From the IMG/VR virus record IMGVR_UViG_3300045988_024975, positions 1-34,326 of that record: a stretch of 34,326 nt of DNA; one strand, given 5' to 3'. The translations under genes were made by a program, and so were the position numbers. The notes under the pieces are model-generated. The model made no database searches. It was not told the DNA's origin and saw only the letters and a program-made list of their open reading frames with translations. Every line of letters starts with the position of its first letter. The stretch's first letter is position 1. Below are positions 1-8,744 of this stretch, piece after piece. This DNA is from a virus.

Positions 1-55
1 GTGGTCGGATACAATCTGGAAGTGCTCAAAGTCAACCTTAATCTGCTCATTGCCA
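1..55. repeat. Terminal direct repeat, copy 1 (identical to 34272-34326)
   Basis: Read directly: gtggtcggatacaatctggaagtgctcaaagtcaaccttaatctgctcattgcca occurs at both ends of the window. An ORF stays in frame across the join. Confidence 0.95.
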
Positions 56-114
56 GTGCGAAAATCCACGTCCAGTTTTTTGTCAAGCTCGCGAAAGGTT
101 ACATCAAGTCTCAT
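1..114 (-). CDS. Fibre-module protein, first 38 codons of a junction-spanning gene (95 aa in total; continues at 34271-34098)
   Basis: ATG at 114-112 overlaps the upstream stop (TAATG), with a GAGGGAG RBS 7 nt upstream. Translation MRLDVTFRELDKKLDVDFRTGNEQIKVDFEHFQIVSDH runs off the left edge and continues TGVEYYKGDYTVTPK... at the right edge once the 55-bp duplicate is removed. Confidence 0.75.
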   Translation of the reverse strand, partial: MRLDVTFRELDKKLDVDFRTGNEQIKVDFEHFQIVSDH

Positions 115-419
115 TAAATCACTCCCTCTTTCAGGATTCTACCAACGTATACGCTCATGATGTCGGATGCAAGAGCCTCTCCGGCTGTAGTTCGCACTCT
201 TATCTGTATCTCAGCCTGTGATCGTGGCTGCTGCTGTAATATCAGCGTGTCCTCTTGCGTCAGAGTTAGTGATACGGACGTACCGGAGCAGTTGCAATCT
301 GACAAGGTTTTTTCCAGAGCCGTTTTTCCATTCTGTGTCATCGTGATATACATCTTCGCGATCAGTGATGTGTCGAAGGGCAGTGTAAACTCTAACGTAG
401 GTGTGGTGCCTCTTATCAT
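114..419 (-). CDS. Small beta-rich tail/baseplate accessory protein (BppU-N/Ig-like by recall)
   Basis: 101-aa ORF with an AGGAGGGG RBS. It sits in the fibre cluster and has a TPTLEFTLPF...IQIRVRTTAG beta-sandwich-like pattern. Confidence 0.6.
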   Translation of the reverse strand: MIRGTTPTLEFTLPFDTSLIAKMYITMTQNGKTALEKTLSDCNCSGTSVSLTLTQEDTLILQQQPRSQAEIQIRVRTTAGEALASDIMSVYVGRILKEGVI

Positions 420-430
420 GCTATCCCCTC

Positions 431-937
431 CTAATATCCAAATCTCGCAATATTAGTACCATTTGACCAACAACTGAATGTTTCATTTTCACCGTATGCT
501 CTTACCATTACAGTTGCATCATCCATACCATCAGTAAAAAATTTATCTGTATAATTCGTTGCATAAAATGATGTATATGTTGTATCAAATTCTTTGTAAG
601 ATCCATCTGTTTTTGTAACTCTAACTTTATAAGACGTAGCATTTTCTACTTCGTCCCAATTTGCTGAAAAAACTGCATAGTTGAAGTATCTTGATGCACT
701 CTTAAAATAGGTGGTATAATTTACGGTTGGTTGATTAAGAATACACTTTTCAATCCAATTTTTCGCAGCGTTATCGATTGCATCTTTTAAAGCACCATCA
801 GGCTGGAAATTTATGTCTGGAATTTCAACAGACGGTGTTTTCAACGGTGGCGTACATGCTGACACCGGTACAGCACTGGAAAGTGCCAGTGTGAGTGCGC
901 AGATTATTGCCGCTAATTTTCTTCTTTTTCTTTTCAT
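431..937 (-). CDS. Secreted lipoprotein with an FN3-like region, embedded in the fibre cluster
   Basis: The N-terminus MKRKRRKLAAIICALTLALSSAVPVSAC has a basic n-region, a hydrophobic core and a V-S-A-C lipobox. AGGAGG RBS. The motif W..V..ATSYKVRV resembles FN3. The sequence looks AT-rich next to its neighbours. Confidence 0.75.
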   Translation of the reverse strand: MKRKRRKLAAIICALTLALSSAVPVSACTPPLKTPSVEIPDINFQPDGALKDAIDNAAKNWIEKCILNQPTVNYTTYFKSASRYFNYAVFSANWDEVENATSYKVRVTKTDGSYKEFDTTYTSFYATNYTDKFFTDGMDDATVMVRAYGENETFSCWSNGTNIARFGY

Positions 938-948
938 GTTGATTCCTC

Positions 949-1386
949 CTATTCGTTTATTGCAATCCAGTCGTAGGTATCGCCCTCTGTGAGCGCGGAC
1001 ATATCTTCATCAGCTTTTGGCGTGTAAGTTATGGTTCCTTTATTTATTGCAACTGTACCGATACTGTGGTTATCCACCGAGTTGTAGCCAACTCCGATAA
1101 ATCCAGCTATTCCGCTTAATTTTCCGTCCTTATACACCAACGATAAGATTCCGTGTTTAGCATTACTGCTCGGAAATTTTCTCGCCATTATGAATCTCGA
1201 CACATTGCTAAGTCCAGTTTCAATCGCTTGGCTATTCATTCCTTTTCCGGTTATTGTTCCGTACTTGACCTCGCTAGTTACCAGCGTTCCGGTAATATTC
1301 ACGCCATCGCTTGACGTAAATGTTTTTCCGACTCTTACATCTGACGCTTTTGCATCTCCATAAATACTGCCTGCTTCGTCGTACAC
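949..1386 (-). CDS. Tail fibre / receptor-binding accessory protein
   Basis: 145-aa ORF with a GTG start sharing one nt with the upstream stop (TAGTG). It carries the GKTF..SDGVNITGTL motif shared with the other fibre proteins. Confidence 0.6.
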   Translation of the reverse strand: MYDEAGSIYGDAKASDVRVGKTFTSSDGVNITGTLVTSEVKYGTITGKGMNSQAIETGLSNVSRFIMARKFPSSNAKHGILSLVYKDGKLSGIAGFIGVGYNSVDNHSIGTVAINKGTITYTPKADEDMSALTEGDTYDWIAINE

Positions 1387-2087
1387 TACCGTTTTTTAAC
1401 GCCCCCTTTTAACAAAACTGGTTTGTTTGTATCTGCAAGAGAGACTTCAATTGTATGTTTAAGCACCGGAACCGTGCTCTGACCATAGCCCGGAATAGTG
1501 ATTGGAGTTGATGATAGTTCCGTTTTTTTTGCTGTAGCCTTAATATCATTCTCGCCAGTCAGTGTTCCCTCAATTTTCTTTCCATTCACATAGGCGCTTT
1601 TCCCAGATTCAATGCTGTTCGCATCCGCATTCGCATCAGACGTCAATATCCCGATAAAATCCTGTCCTCTTGCTTCCAGTTCTGCCGACTCGAAGAGTTC
1701 CTCACCCTCTAAGGCATTTCCGGTAGCAAAAGTGGTATGCCACTCTCTTTCCGTGCCTTTTTCCCTTACGCAGACCGCAAATCGAACACTGCCTTTGTGT
1801 GAGGTGACTTTTCTTCCCAGCACCCACTCAAAAGTTACATTGTCTCCGGAAGCCGTCATATTCTGGACAGGGTATCTGTCTTTTCCGGACTTTTCGCCAG
1901 ATGCATTCTGCACATTGATATAGACGTCCGATTTCGTCAGATCAATGTTGTCCCCAACGATTTTCGGGCATATAAAATACTTTCTTACACCCTTATTGTC
2001 ATTTTCAACGCCCAAAAGGTTTTCTCCTCCCGGAATGATAATACTGCGATCATCCGCGTTGATTTCCAGATATTTAATCTCTGCCAT
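1386..2087 (-). CDS. Baseplate upper / fibre protein (BppU-like N-domain by recall)
   Basis: 233-aa ORF with an AGGAGGTG RBS. The C-terminal GKSAYVNGKKIEGTLTG motif is shared with the neighbouring fibre proteins. Confidence 0.6.
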   Translation of the reverse strand: MAEIKYLEINADDRSIIIPGGENLLGVENDNKGVRKYFICPKIVGDNIDLTKSDVYINVQNASGEKSGKDRYPVQNMTASGDNVTFEWVLGRKVTSHKGSVRFAVCVREKGTEREWHTTFATGNALEGEELFESAELEARGQDFIGILTSDANADANSIESGKSAYVNGKKIEGTLTGENDIKATAKKTELSSTPITIPGYGQSTVPVLKHTIEVSLADTNKPVLLKGGVKKR

Positions 2088-2097
2088 AGTCCACCTC

Positions 2098-2958
2098 CTA
2101 ATCTACCGGAATAAAGATTCCTCTAATTGTCACACCAGTCCACGATCCGCCATTTTTAAAGGCAGATACATACAATTTATCGCTGTTCTGGCATTTGCCA
2201 AAAAAAGTCGAGGATAATTTATAATAGTTGCCATTGCATCCCATGTCGACTTCATTTAGCTTGCAAGATACTTCCTGGCTGTATTGTTCTCCGTTGACGG
2301 CTGACACTACATTTAGCGCAAATGCATATGTAATTCCAGCTTTCAGTTGGCTCAGGTCAAGCGTTGCAGTCTTATAAGCGTCGGAATCTGCACCCTGCGC
2401 AGTGGTATTGATAAATATCGTCTCTCTGTTGGACAAGGTGCTTTTTACGCCGTCTACTTCGGTGTCGAATTCCGCTGCGGATCTCCGGACCGTAAACAAT
2501 CTCTTAACATCCGTAATGGTAAGTCCGTTGATCTCAACCTGATACAGTGGCATATCTGCCGTTAGGTCACCATCCTGAATATCTCCAGACGTATAAGACG
2601 GTGCCACCGGATTGTTTTTACTTGGCGTGCCCTGGATTACCTTAATCTCTACCGCCTCAACCTTTGAGCTGGTATTCTTGGTGTATCTCGCCACGATAAG
2701 GTCAATACGTTTCATTCCTTGCGAGCCGTTCGCGATCGTGACGGAGTTTGTGGTATTTTTTTTGATTGATGCAGCACAGCCCTGATGGATGAGTACCCCG
2801 TCCGTGATCCGAATCTCATTGTTTGAGATGACCACTGCATTAAGCTGCTGTCCGGTCCGTAAGACACAAGAGCCTTTTCCAAAAATACCGATATTGATAT
2901 CTCTGTCCTGCTCTGCCGTGACATGTGCTGCACCTGTGTAGCCTGTAATGATGTCCAT
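2098..2958 (-). CDS. Tail fibre / minor structural protein
   Basis: 286-aa ORF tightly coupled to the Tal-like gene (stop then ATG). Assigned from its position after Dit and Tal. Confidence 0.6.
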   Translation of the reverse strand: MDIITGYTGAAHVTAEQDRDINIGIFGKGSCVLRTGQQLNAVVISNNEIRITDGVLIHQGCAASIKKNTTNSVTIANGSQGMKRIDLIVARYTKNTSSKVEAVEIKVIQGTPSKNNPVAPSYTSGDIQDGDLTADMPLYQVEINGLTITDVKRLFTVRRSAAEFDTEVDGVKSTLSNRETIFINTTAQGADSDAYKTATLDLSQLKAGITYAFALNVVSAVNGEQYSQEVSCKLNEVDMGCNGNYYKLSSTFFGKCQNSDKLYVSAFKNGGSWTGVTIRGIFIPVD

Positions 2959-3963
2959 TTATGACTCTCCTTCCAATTTATACTCTATTTTTTCTTTCCC
3001 TCCGGAAAGCTTCCAAATCTTCCTTCCGATTGGTTTTTTCATAATCACACCTGTAAGATAGTCTCTTCCGCCTACGATATCGCCAATATCGACATTTCCT
3101 TCAATTTTTTCCATCGTCATATCGTACTCGGTCTTATTCATCAGTTCGTACAATTTATCTTTTCCGCCTTTTAACAGGTCGTCTTGCTCTGCTCCGGAGC
3201 TGTCATACACCGCTTCTACTTCATCTATCCCTTTGTAGTATTGCGTCTGTCCAATATTTCCTGCAGAGTCAACATACAAGTGGATTACCATGCGATCTTT
3301 TAATTCGCCCTTCCCGAGACATACCAGATGGTTAACTCCGTTTCTACAAATGTTGACTTTAAAATCAATATCGCTGTCGCTAGAGTATTCGTATTCGGAA
3401 GAGTAGTCTGTGATCGGGACTGCCCTCACCTGCACATGACCGGCGTTTTCTTTTTCCGCCTGGATAAATTTAATCTCCATCCGGTATCCGACAGACTGCA
3501 GCATTTTCCGCAGTCCGTCATGTAGCGTACAGTATCTGGCGAATTGATAGTTTGTAACCTTTACGCCGGTATCTTCGTCCGCACCAGTAAAAAGCCCAGG
3601 AAAAGCTTCCTGAACCTTCTGCCTGATGATTGCATTTAATTCTCCGGATACCATAGCGTAATCTTGTCCGGATTCCGGCTTGATAATTTTCTTCGCCATC
3701 AATCCTCGCCATGTAAATCCTTTTGCGGTAATACTATCTGCTTTTGTGCTGGTCGAAATTTCACGCACGATTCCGCCATATTCTGTGTCCGGAACATACA
3801 CCATGCTTTCAAATTCAATCTGGCCGTTCCATCCAGAACGTGAGAATTTGATTTCGAAATCATTTACTGAATTTTTCTCGTCTGATCCAACTTCAAAGTC
3901 AATATCAGCATCCATGACACATCCGAGTTCTTTTCCTTTTGGATCCGTGTAGATTAGCTCCAT
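2959..3963 (-). CDS. Tail-associated baseplate hub protein (Tal / siphovirus Gp37-like)
   Basis: 334-aa ORF directly after Dit, overlapping it by 10 nt, with an AAGGAGAGGAG RBS. The N-terminus MELIYTDPKGKELG is typical of this position. Confidence 0.65.
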   Translation of the reverse strand: MELIYTDPKGKELGCVMDADIDFEVGSDEKNSVNDFEIKFSRSGWNGQIEFESMVYVPDTEYGGIVREISTSTKADSITAKGFTWRGLMAKKIIKPESGQDYAMVSGELNAIIRQKVQEAFPGLFTGADEDTGVKVTNYQFARYCTLHDGLRKMLQSVGYRMEIKFIQAEKENAGHVQVRAVPITDYSSEYEYSSDSDIDFKVNICRNGVNHLVCLGKGELKDRMVIHLYVDSAGNIGQTQYYKGIDEVEAVYDSSGAEQDDLLKGGKDKLYELMNKTEYDMTMEKIEGNVDIGDIVGGRDYLTGVIMKKPIGRKIWKLSGGKEKIEYKLEGES

Positions 3964-4793
3964 TTCGGCACACTCCTCTCCTTAAATACAGTAAAATCAA
4001 ATCCGAATTCTCCATTCCAGTTGACTGCCAGCGATCCGGATGGAATTGGCTCGAAAATGCTTTTATCTTTTGCTCTTTTTTCAAAGATATTCTGCATTGT
4101 TCCGTTTCCAAGGTTCTTAGTTACTGTTTTTGTGCGACTGTTTACCGTAATGTACTCACCAGCACTCAGGGTATCGAATATCTGATACGGATAATTATTG
4201 ATTGTGATTTTAGGATCCGTGCACGGACCGTATATGATCAATTCGAAATTGCTACTTTGGAAATGATCAATCATCCAGTCTTGCACTCCGTTCTTTTCGC
4301 GTGTATAGTCATAGCTATAATCATACGGATAATCTAAATAATCGGAGGATATTTTAGGTTCTGTCGAAATCGGAAAGAAACTTCTTTTTTCTTCCGCACA
4401 CCAGAACGGATATGGACAATAGATTTCTACCTTACAATCTGTTCTGCTATTATTTTTATCAGATACTTCGTTGCTTGATTTATAGATATAGCAATCAATA
4501 TAGTATTCTCCATAGTAGATTCTTCCTGGAGACAAGTTCGCTACATCTCTTTCAAAAGCATCCGTGATCTTATCTAGAATTTCTTTTCTTTCCTCTACTC
4601 TTCCACGTACAGTCAGAGTAATTTCGTAAACTGCCGGATCTTTTGTAAAAGAATTTACCGTTACGCCCATTTTTCGTTCTGTCGTATTTGGATTCCACTC
4701 GTAAGAATGGAAATATCCGGAGGTCGGTTTCATTTTGTCTCCGATCAGATTGTATTCTTCTCCGTTCGAGCATACATATTTAATCTCGATCAT
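3954..4793 (-). CDS. Distal tail protein (Dit, siphovirus tail family)
   Basis: 279-aa ORF with an ATGA overlap to the tape-measure stop. It has a DYPYDYSYDY aromatic repeat typical of Dit-family proteins and follows the tape measure gene. Confidence 0.75.
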   Translation of the reverse strand: MIEIKYVCSNGEEYNLIGDKMKPTSGYFHSYEWNPNTTERKMGVTVNSFTKDPAVYEITLTVRGRVEERKEILDKITDAFERDVANLSPGRIYYGEYYIDCYIYKSSNEVSDKNNSRTDCKVEIYCPYPFWCAEEKRSFFPISTEPKISSDYLDYPYDYSYDYTREKNGVQDWMIDHFQSSNFELIIYGPCTDPKITINNYPYQIFDTLSAGEYITVNSRTKTVTKNLGNGTMQNIFEKRAKDKSIFEPIPSGSLAVNWNGEFGFDFTVFKERSVPKWS

Positions 4794-6661
4794 TCAAACA
4801 CAACCCCCATTTCTCTCAAAGCTCTTGCTACTTCTCTGTCATTTAAATTTATAACTATACTGCCGTCTCCACGTCTGGATGTTGTTTTTAAATATTCCAG
4901 TAATGCTTCCAGCTTCTCTGCAATCGTGCTGTTCTGACTTTCAGTGCTGCTTTTGCCGGAAATTGCAAGGTCCATACTTGTTCCAATTGGTTTTTTTACA
5001 GACTTCTGAAGCTCTTCTGCCGCATTGGACACTAATGTTGTCTTGCCAATCAATCCATTCGCAATTCCGGTATCGATCATCTCTCCAACATAAGCTCCCC
5101 AACGTGATGGTGAGTTAATTCCGAAGAATTCCAGAACATTTTCTTTAAATCCACCAAGAACACCTTTTACAGCATCCCATAACATATGTGCCGCCGAACG
5201 AAGTCCGGATGCGATACCGCTTATGATATTGATTCCAATACTTCCCCAGTTCTGGCTCGTAAAAGCATTCACAATTGCGCTGATAATTGCCGGTATCTGT
5301 CCAGCCAAATTCGGAATAGCACGTATCAATCCTGCTGCCAGCTTAGCGATAATCGTAATACCACTCTGCAGAATCTGTGGAAGATTCTGTCCAATTGACG
5401 CTATAAAACGCACAATTGCAGTTGCTGCAGCCTGAGCAATTTGTGGCAGATTATTTATAATTCCATTTACCAATCTTAAAAGTAATCTTGCACCAGCACT
5501 CAATATTGTTGGAAGCATCGAGATAATTGTGTTGGCAAAATATGTAATAACATTGCCCGCCATCGTTATTACTTGCGGTAAATTTTGCAAGATTCCATTC
5601 ACAATGTTTGTTATGAAATCCGCACCCTTCTGCAACAAGATCGGGAGTTGCTCCTGGATTCCGATATTAAACTGATCCATAAGCTGCATTGCGCTCTGAT
5701 AAAGAATCGGTATTCCTGTTGTGATTCCGCTTGCAATTTGCGGAATCAGTCCAGACACTGCGGCAAACAGTTGTGGGCCGAGTGCCGTTACAAATGTAAC
5801 GATTGCTGATGGAAGTGCAGATATAACATTCCATACTGCCGGAAGCAGATTTCCAACCGCAAAGGTTATGATCGTATTCGCCAGTTCATTAAGTGCCGGT
5901 CCTACATCCATTCCCAGAGCAATTTCTCCCATTACATTTTTAGCCGCTGCTTTCATCTGGTTGAACGATCCAGATATAGTCGTTGCCGCTTCTTTTGCTG
6001 TCGTTCCGGTAATGTCCAACTGCCCCTGGATCACGTGAATTGCACTGTAGACATCTGATAGATTATCAATATTGTATTCCACGCCACTGATTTTCTGTGC
6101 ATCTGCCAAGAGACGCTCCATCTCCGACTTCGTACCACCATATCCAAGCTTCAGGTTGTCCAGCATTGTATAGTTCTGTTTGGCAAATCCCTGATATGCA
6201 TTTTTGATGTCTTCCATATTGGTTCCCATCTTATTCGCATTATCAGACATATCTACCATTGCCATATCTGCCACATCTGCAGCTTTGGAGGTGTCGCCAG
6301 CAAGGGAACTAAGAAGGCTCGCTGAAAAGCTTGTAGTTAGTTCCATGTAGTCATTTGCACTCATTCCTGCTGTCTGGTAGGCTTTTGCCGCATTTGCTTT
6401 CACTTTATCGGCAGAATCTTTAAATAATGTTTCGATTCCACCAAGACTCTGTTCGAGTGCTGCGCCTTCACTGATGCTCGCTGACAGAGCTTTCCCGATT
6501 GCTGCTGCGGCAATAACCTTTTTGATCATGCCAACCATTTTCCCGCCGAAAGAACTTCCAGCTGAGTCTGCTTCCGGCTCTATTTCTTTTCGAATTCTTC
6601 CTTGTATTCCTTCAGCGGACGGTATGATCTGCACATATGCCTTTGCAAGTTCTGTAGCCAT
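4790..6661 (-). CDS. Tape measure protein
   Basis: 623-aa Ala/Gly/Ile-rich protein with repeated NLPQ(V/I) segments. It lies between the frameshifted chaperones and Dit. Confidence 0.9.
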   Translation of the reverse strand: MATELAKAYVQIIPSAEGIQGRIRKEIEPEADSAGSSFGGKMVGMIKKVIAAAAIGKALSASISEGAALEQSLGGIETLFKDSADKVKANAAKAYQTAGMSANDYMELTTSFSASLLSSLAGDTSKAADVADMAMVDMSDNANKMGTNMEDIKNAYQGFAKQNYTMLDNLKLGYGGTKSEMERLLADAQKISGVEYNIDNLSDVYSAIHVIQGQLDITGTTAKEAATTISGSFNQMKAAAKNVMGEIALGMDVGPALNELANTIITFAVGNLLPAVWNVISALPSAIVTFVTALGPQLFAAVSGLIPQIASGITTGIPILYQSAMQLMDQFNIGIQEQLPILLQKGADFITNIVNGILQNLPQVITMAGNVITYFANTIISMLPTILSAGARLLLRLVNGIINNLPQIAQAAATAIVRFIASIGQNLPQILQSGITIIAKLAAGLIRAIPNLAGQIPAIISAIVNAFTSQNWGSIGINIISGIASGLRSAAHMLWDAVKGVLGGFKENVLEFFGINSPSRWGAYVGEMIDTGIANGLIGKTTLVSNAAEELQKSVKKPIGTSMDLAISGKSSTESQNSTIAEKLEALLEYLKTTSRRGDGSIVINLNDREVARALREMGVVFE

Positions 6662-6662
6662 C

Positions 6663-7058
6663 TTATCCCTCCTTTCCCGTCAATCTTGCCCATTCTCTGT
6701 CGAAATCTTCTCCGGAATCAAACGTCTGAATTTCTTTGGATTTTTCCGTTCCATCACCTATGATCATTCCAAGCAATGACTTCGGACGGTTTATCCCAGT
6801 CGCTCCATCCTCGGATTGTAACCAGGCGGTCGTACGTGTTCCATCCGCAATAGCTGCCATAAGAATTTGTTCCGGTATAGGATCTATCCCTGCCATTTTC
6901 ATTTTGATTCTTGAATTTTCCCTCAACCCACAAGAAAAAGCCGCTACCGTTCTACACGGCAACGACTTATAATCATAAATGTGATATGTTTCTGCAAGAT
7001 CGCACAAAAGTGCATCCTTGTCGAGATTAAGCATGTAGGCGAGGATTAAGAGTTTTTT
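6663..7058 (-). CDS. Tail assembly chaperone, -1 frame extension (T-like; expressed as a roughly 215-aa G-T fusion)
   Basis: The -1 frame from the slippery heptamer reads KKLLILAYMLNLDKD... to the stop at 6663-6665. No independent start or RBS. Confidence 0.8.
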   Translation of the reverse strand, partial: KKLLILAYMLNLDKDALLCDLAETYHIYDYKSLPCRTVAAFSCGLRENSRIKMKMAGIDPIPEQILMAAIADGTRTTAWLQSEDGATGINRPKSLLGMIIGDGTEKSKEIQTFDSGEDFDREWARLTGKEG

Positions 7059-7309
7059 CCTGCTTTTGCATTTTTGAAAATTTCCTCTATTTCGATCATC
7101 ATTTTCGACATTGGAACCCTTCCATTTTCTGTCCGCAAATGTTCTTTTAAGTGCTCCTTCTGTTCTGCACCAATCAGGCGATTCATCACACTGCTCATTT
7201 TCGCCATATTTCCTGCATCCATTTCGCACAGATCTTCAAGGAGCTCATAATCATCTAATGCTTCCTCATTTAACTCATACTCAAAACCGCTGCTTGTTTT
7301 TCCCTTCAT
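7046..7309 (-). CDS. Tail assembly chaperone (G-like)
   Basis: 87-aa acidic ORF between the major tail and tape measure genes, ending ...AKAGKNS* across the slippery site. Confidence 0.85.
   Translation of the reverse strand: MKGKTSSGFEYELNEEALDDYELLEDLCEMDAGNMAKMSSVMNRLIGAEQKEHLKEHLRTENGRVPMSKMMIEIEEIFKNAKAGKNS
7052..7058 (-). promoter_or_regulatory. Programmed -1 ribosomal frameshift slippery heptamer A_AAA_AAC
   Basis: The minus-strand codons read GGA AAA AAC TCT TAA. Slipping back one nt gives AAA AAA CTC TTA..., which continues the downstream ORF. Confidence 0.8.
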
Positions 7310-7863
7310 TATTTCTTCGTCCCCTTAATATATTCGTAATGTGTCTGTCCTTCTGCGTCCGGTACTGCTGATAACGTTGTCTCATATCCAATCGCATCAT
7401 CATCCTTGTATACGATGTCTCCGACTTCCGTAATGCTTGCACATGGAATAGTAATACGCTTCACCGCGTCTTTCAGAATCATATCCACAACCCAAGCATT
7501 CTGTTCCGCTTCATCTGCATTTACTTTTACCGTAATCCCTTCCGCAAGTGTTCCGGTAACATTATCATCTCCGTAAACGCTCTTCAGAACTTCTACATTC
7601 AATGCTTCAATCATCGTAAACTTAAAATTATCTTTCTTACTGGTCTGCATATTCAATACAGTGTCGCCGCCCCAAGCATTTTTGTTGTCAGTTTCCGGAC
7701 TATTAGAATTAGTGAGTCCATCCTCCGAGCAATATCCAAGTGACTTAAATGCTTCATTTAATGCTGTGGTTGCATCTGTTGGCAATGTTGTTCCGAGCGG
7801 TGCTCTAAAAATCGCGCCGCCTACTTTCGGCTTACCTGTACTTACATTTTTAGCATCTGACAT
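7309..7863 (-). CDS. Major tail protein
   Basis: 184-aa ORF with a GGAGGATAAAA RBS, lying before the chaperones. The N-terminus [25 protein letters not shown] resembles phi13-type major tail proteins (by recall). Confidence 0.8.
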   Translation of the reverse strand: MSDAKNVSTGKPKVGGAIFRAPLGTTLPTDATTALNEAFKSLGYCSEDGLTNSNSPETDNKNAWGGDTVLNMQTSKKDNFKFTMIEALNVEVLKSVYGDDNVTGTLAEGITVKVNADEAEQNAWVVDMILKDAVKRITIPCASITEVGDIVYKDDDAIGYETTLSAVPDAEGQTHYEYIKGTKK

Positions 7864-7878
7864 TTTTATCCTCCTTCA

Positions 7879-8214
7879 TCAGAAATGAACCATATCATAT
7901 ACAGCCTGATACCGATATTTCTTCCTTGTTGTATCCGTATAGTTGTAGTCGCTGTTAAGCTGGCACTTACTGATATCATCCATTTCAACAATTTTTTCCA
8001 TTGCTTCTTTCACTCTTTCATTGAGTGATGCCGCCCCATAAAGGGATCCTGAATAAGACTGGATAGCAAGAGTTGCTGATGCAATATGATTTTCTTTGCC
8101 AGATCCAGTCTTTTCAATCAGTACATATTCCTCCGGAAGTCCCGGTTCTTCTTCCATCCTTACCGGAATATCAAGCTTGTCTTCCAGATATTCTCTAACT
8201 TTTTCCTCGATCAT
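7879..8214 (-). CDS. Tail terminator / tail completion protein (position-based, DUF3168-like)
   Basis: 111-aa ORF immediately upstream of the major tail gene. Confidence 0.6.
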   Translation of the reverse strand: MIEEKVREYLEDKLDIPVRMEEEPGLPEEYVLIEKTGSGKENHIASATLAIQSYSGSLYGAASLNERVKEAMEKIVEMDDISKCQLNSDYNYTDTTRKKYRYQAVYDMVHF

Positions 8215-8419
8215 TTTTTCTACCCATTGCTTTCAGCAAGCTATTGTTGCCGTCGTCTCCATTTATTTTTACAATCGCTCTCGTTTGCGCCACATACGAC
8301 TCTTTCTCTGCATCTGATGATATTTGATTTGCCTGTTCCAGCAAAATTGCCTGCATCTCTGCAGATTTCATCAACTCTCTTACACCGGATCGATTTAACT
8401 CAACTTTCGTTTTAGCCAT
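8195..8419 (-). CDS. Neck / head-tail joining protein (HK97 gp10-like type)
   Basis: I prefer the ATG at 8419 (MAKTKVELNRSGVRELMKS...) to the track start at 8491, which would overlap most of the upstream gene's C-terminus. 74 aa. Confidence 0.55.
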   Translation of the reverse strand: MAKTKVELNRSGVRELMKSAEMQAILLEQANQISSDAEKESYVAQTRAIVKINGDDGNNSLLKAMGRKNDRGKS

Positions 8420-8744
8420 AACGCTCCACCATCCATCTCTGATTCCATCTTCCTGGAATATTTTCTTCAATTCCTTGCTGTGGGAATCCAATTACCTGCC
8501 ATGATGTGCCAAAAAAATCCACCCTGCAGTCTTGCCAGTCGTGCGTATCTCCTTTTGGAATTGCGATATTGTAGACTGCTTTTTTTCCAGTAATATTAAG
8601 CATATCCAGCACTTCTGTTGTCGATGCCGGAGCAACCAACACGTCTTCCACGGTCACAGGTGTCTCTGTATATATCGGATGTCCGAATGTATCCGTCCCA
8701 CTTGTGGTCCGTTCGTAGAGCTTCACCGGTATTCCTTTAATCAT
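8412..8744 (-). CDS. Head closure / head-tail adaptor protein
   Basis: 110-aa ORF overlapping the upstream gene by 8 nt. Assigned from order and size, which are typical of SPP1 gp16-like proteins. Confidence 0.65.
   Translation of the reverse strand: MIKGIPVKLYERTTSGTDTFGHPIYTETPVTVEDVLVAPASTTEVLDMLNITGKKAVYNIAIPKGDTHDWQDCRVDFFGTSWQVIGFPQQGIEENIPGRWNQRWMVERYG

Noticed and set aside
5721-6038. Many plus-strand track ORFs of 60-190 aa lie antisense to minus-strand genes, for example 157-456, 1612-1923, 5721-6038, 9154-9609, 13415-13771, 18821-19360 and 23510-24073.
   Set aside because: They lie wholly inside well-supported minus-strand genes and lack ribosome-binding sites. Their composition is low-complexity, Ser/Leu/Phe/Cys-rich, as expected for the reverse complement of coding sequence. 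I treated them as shadow ORFs.
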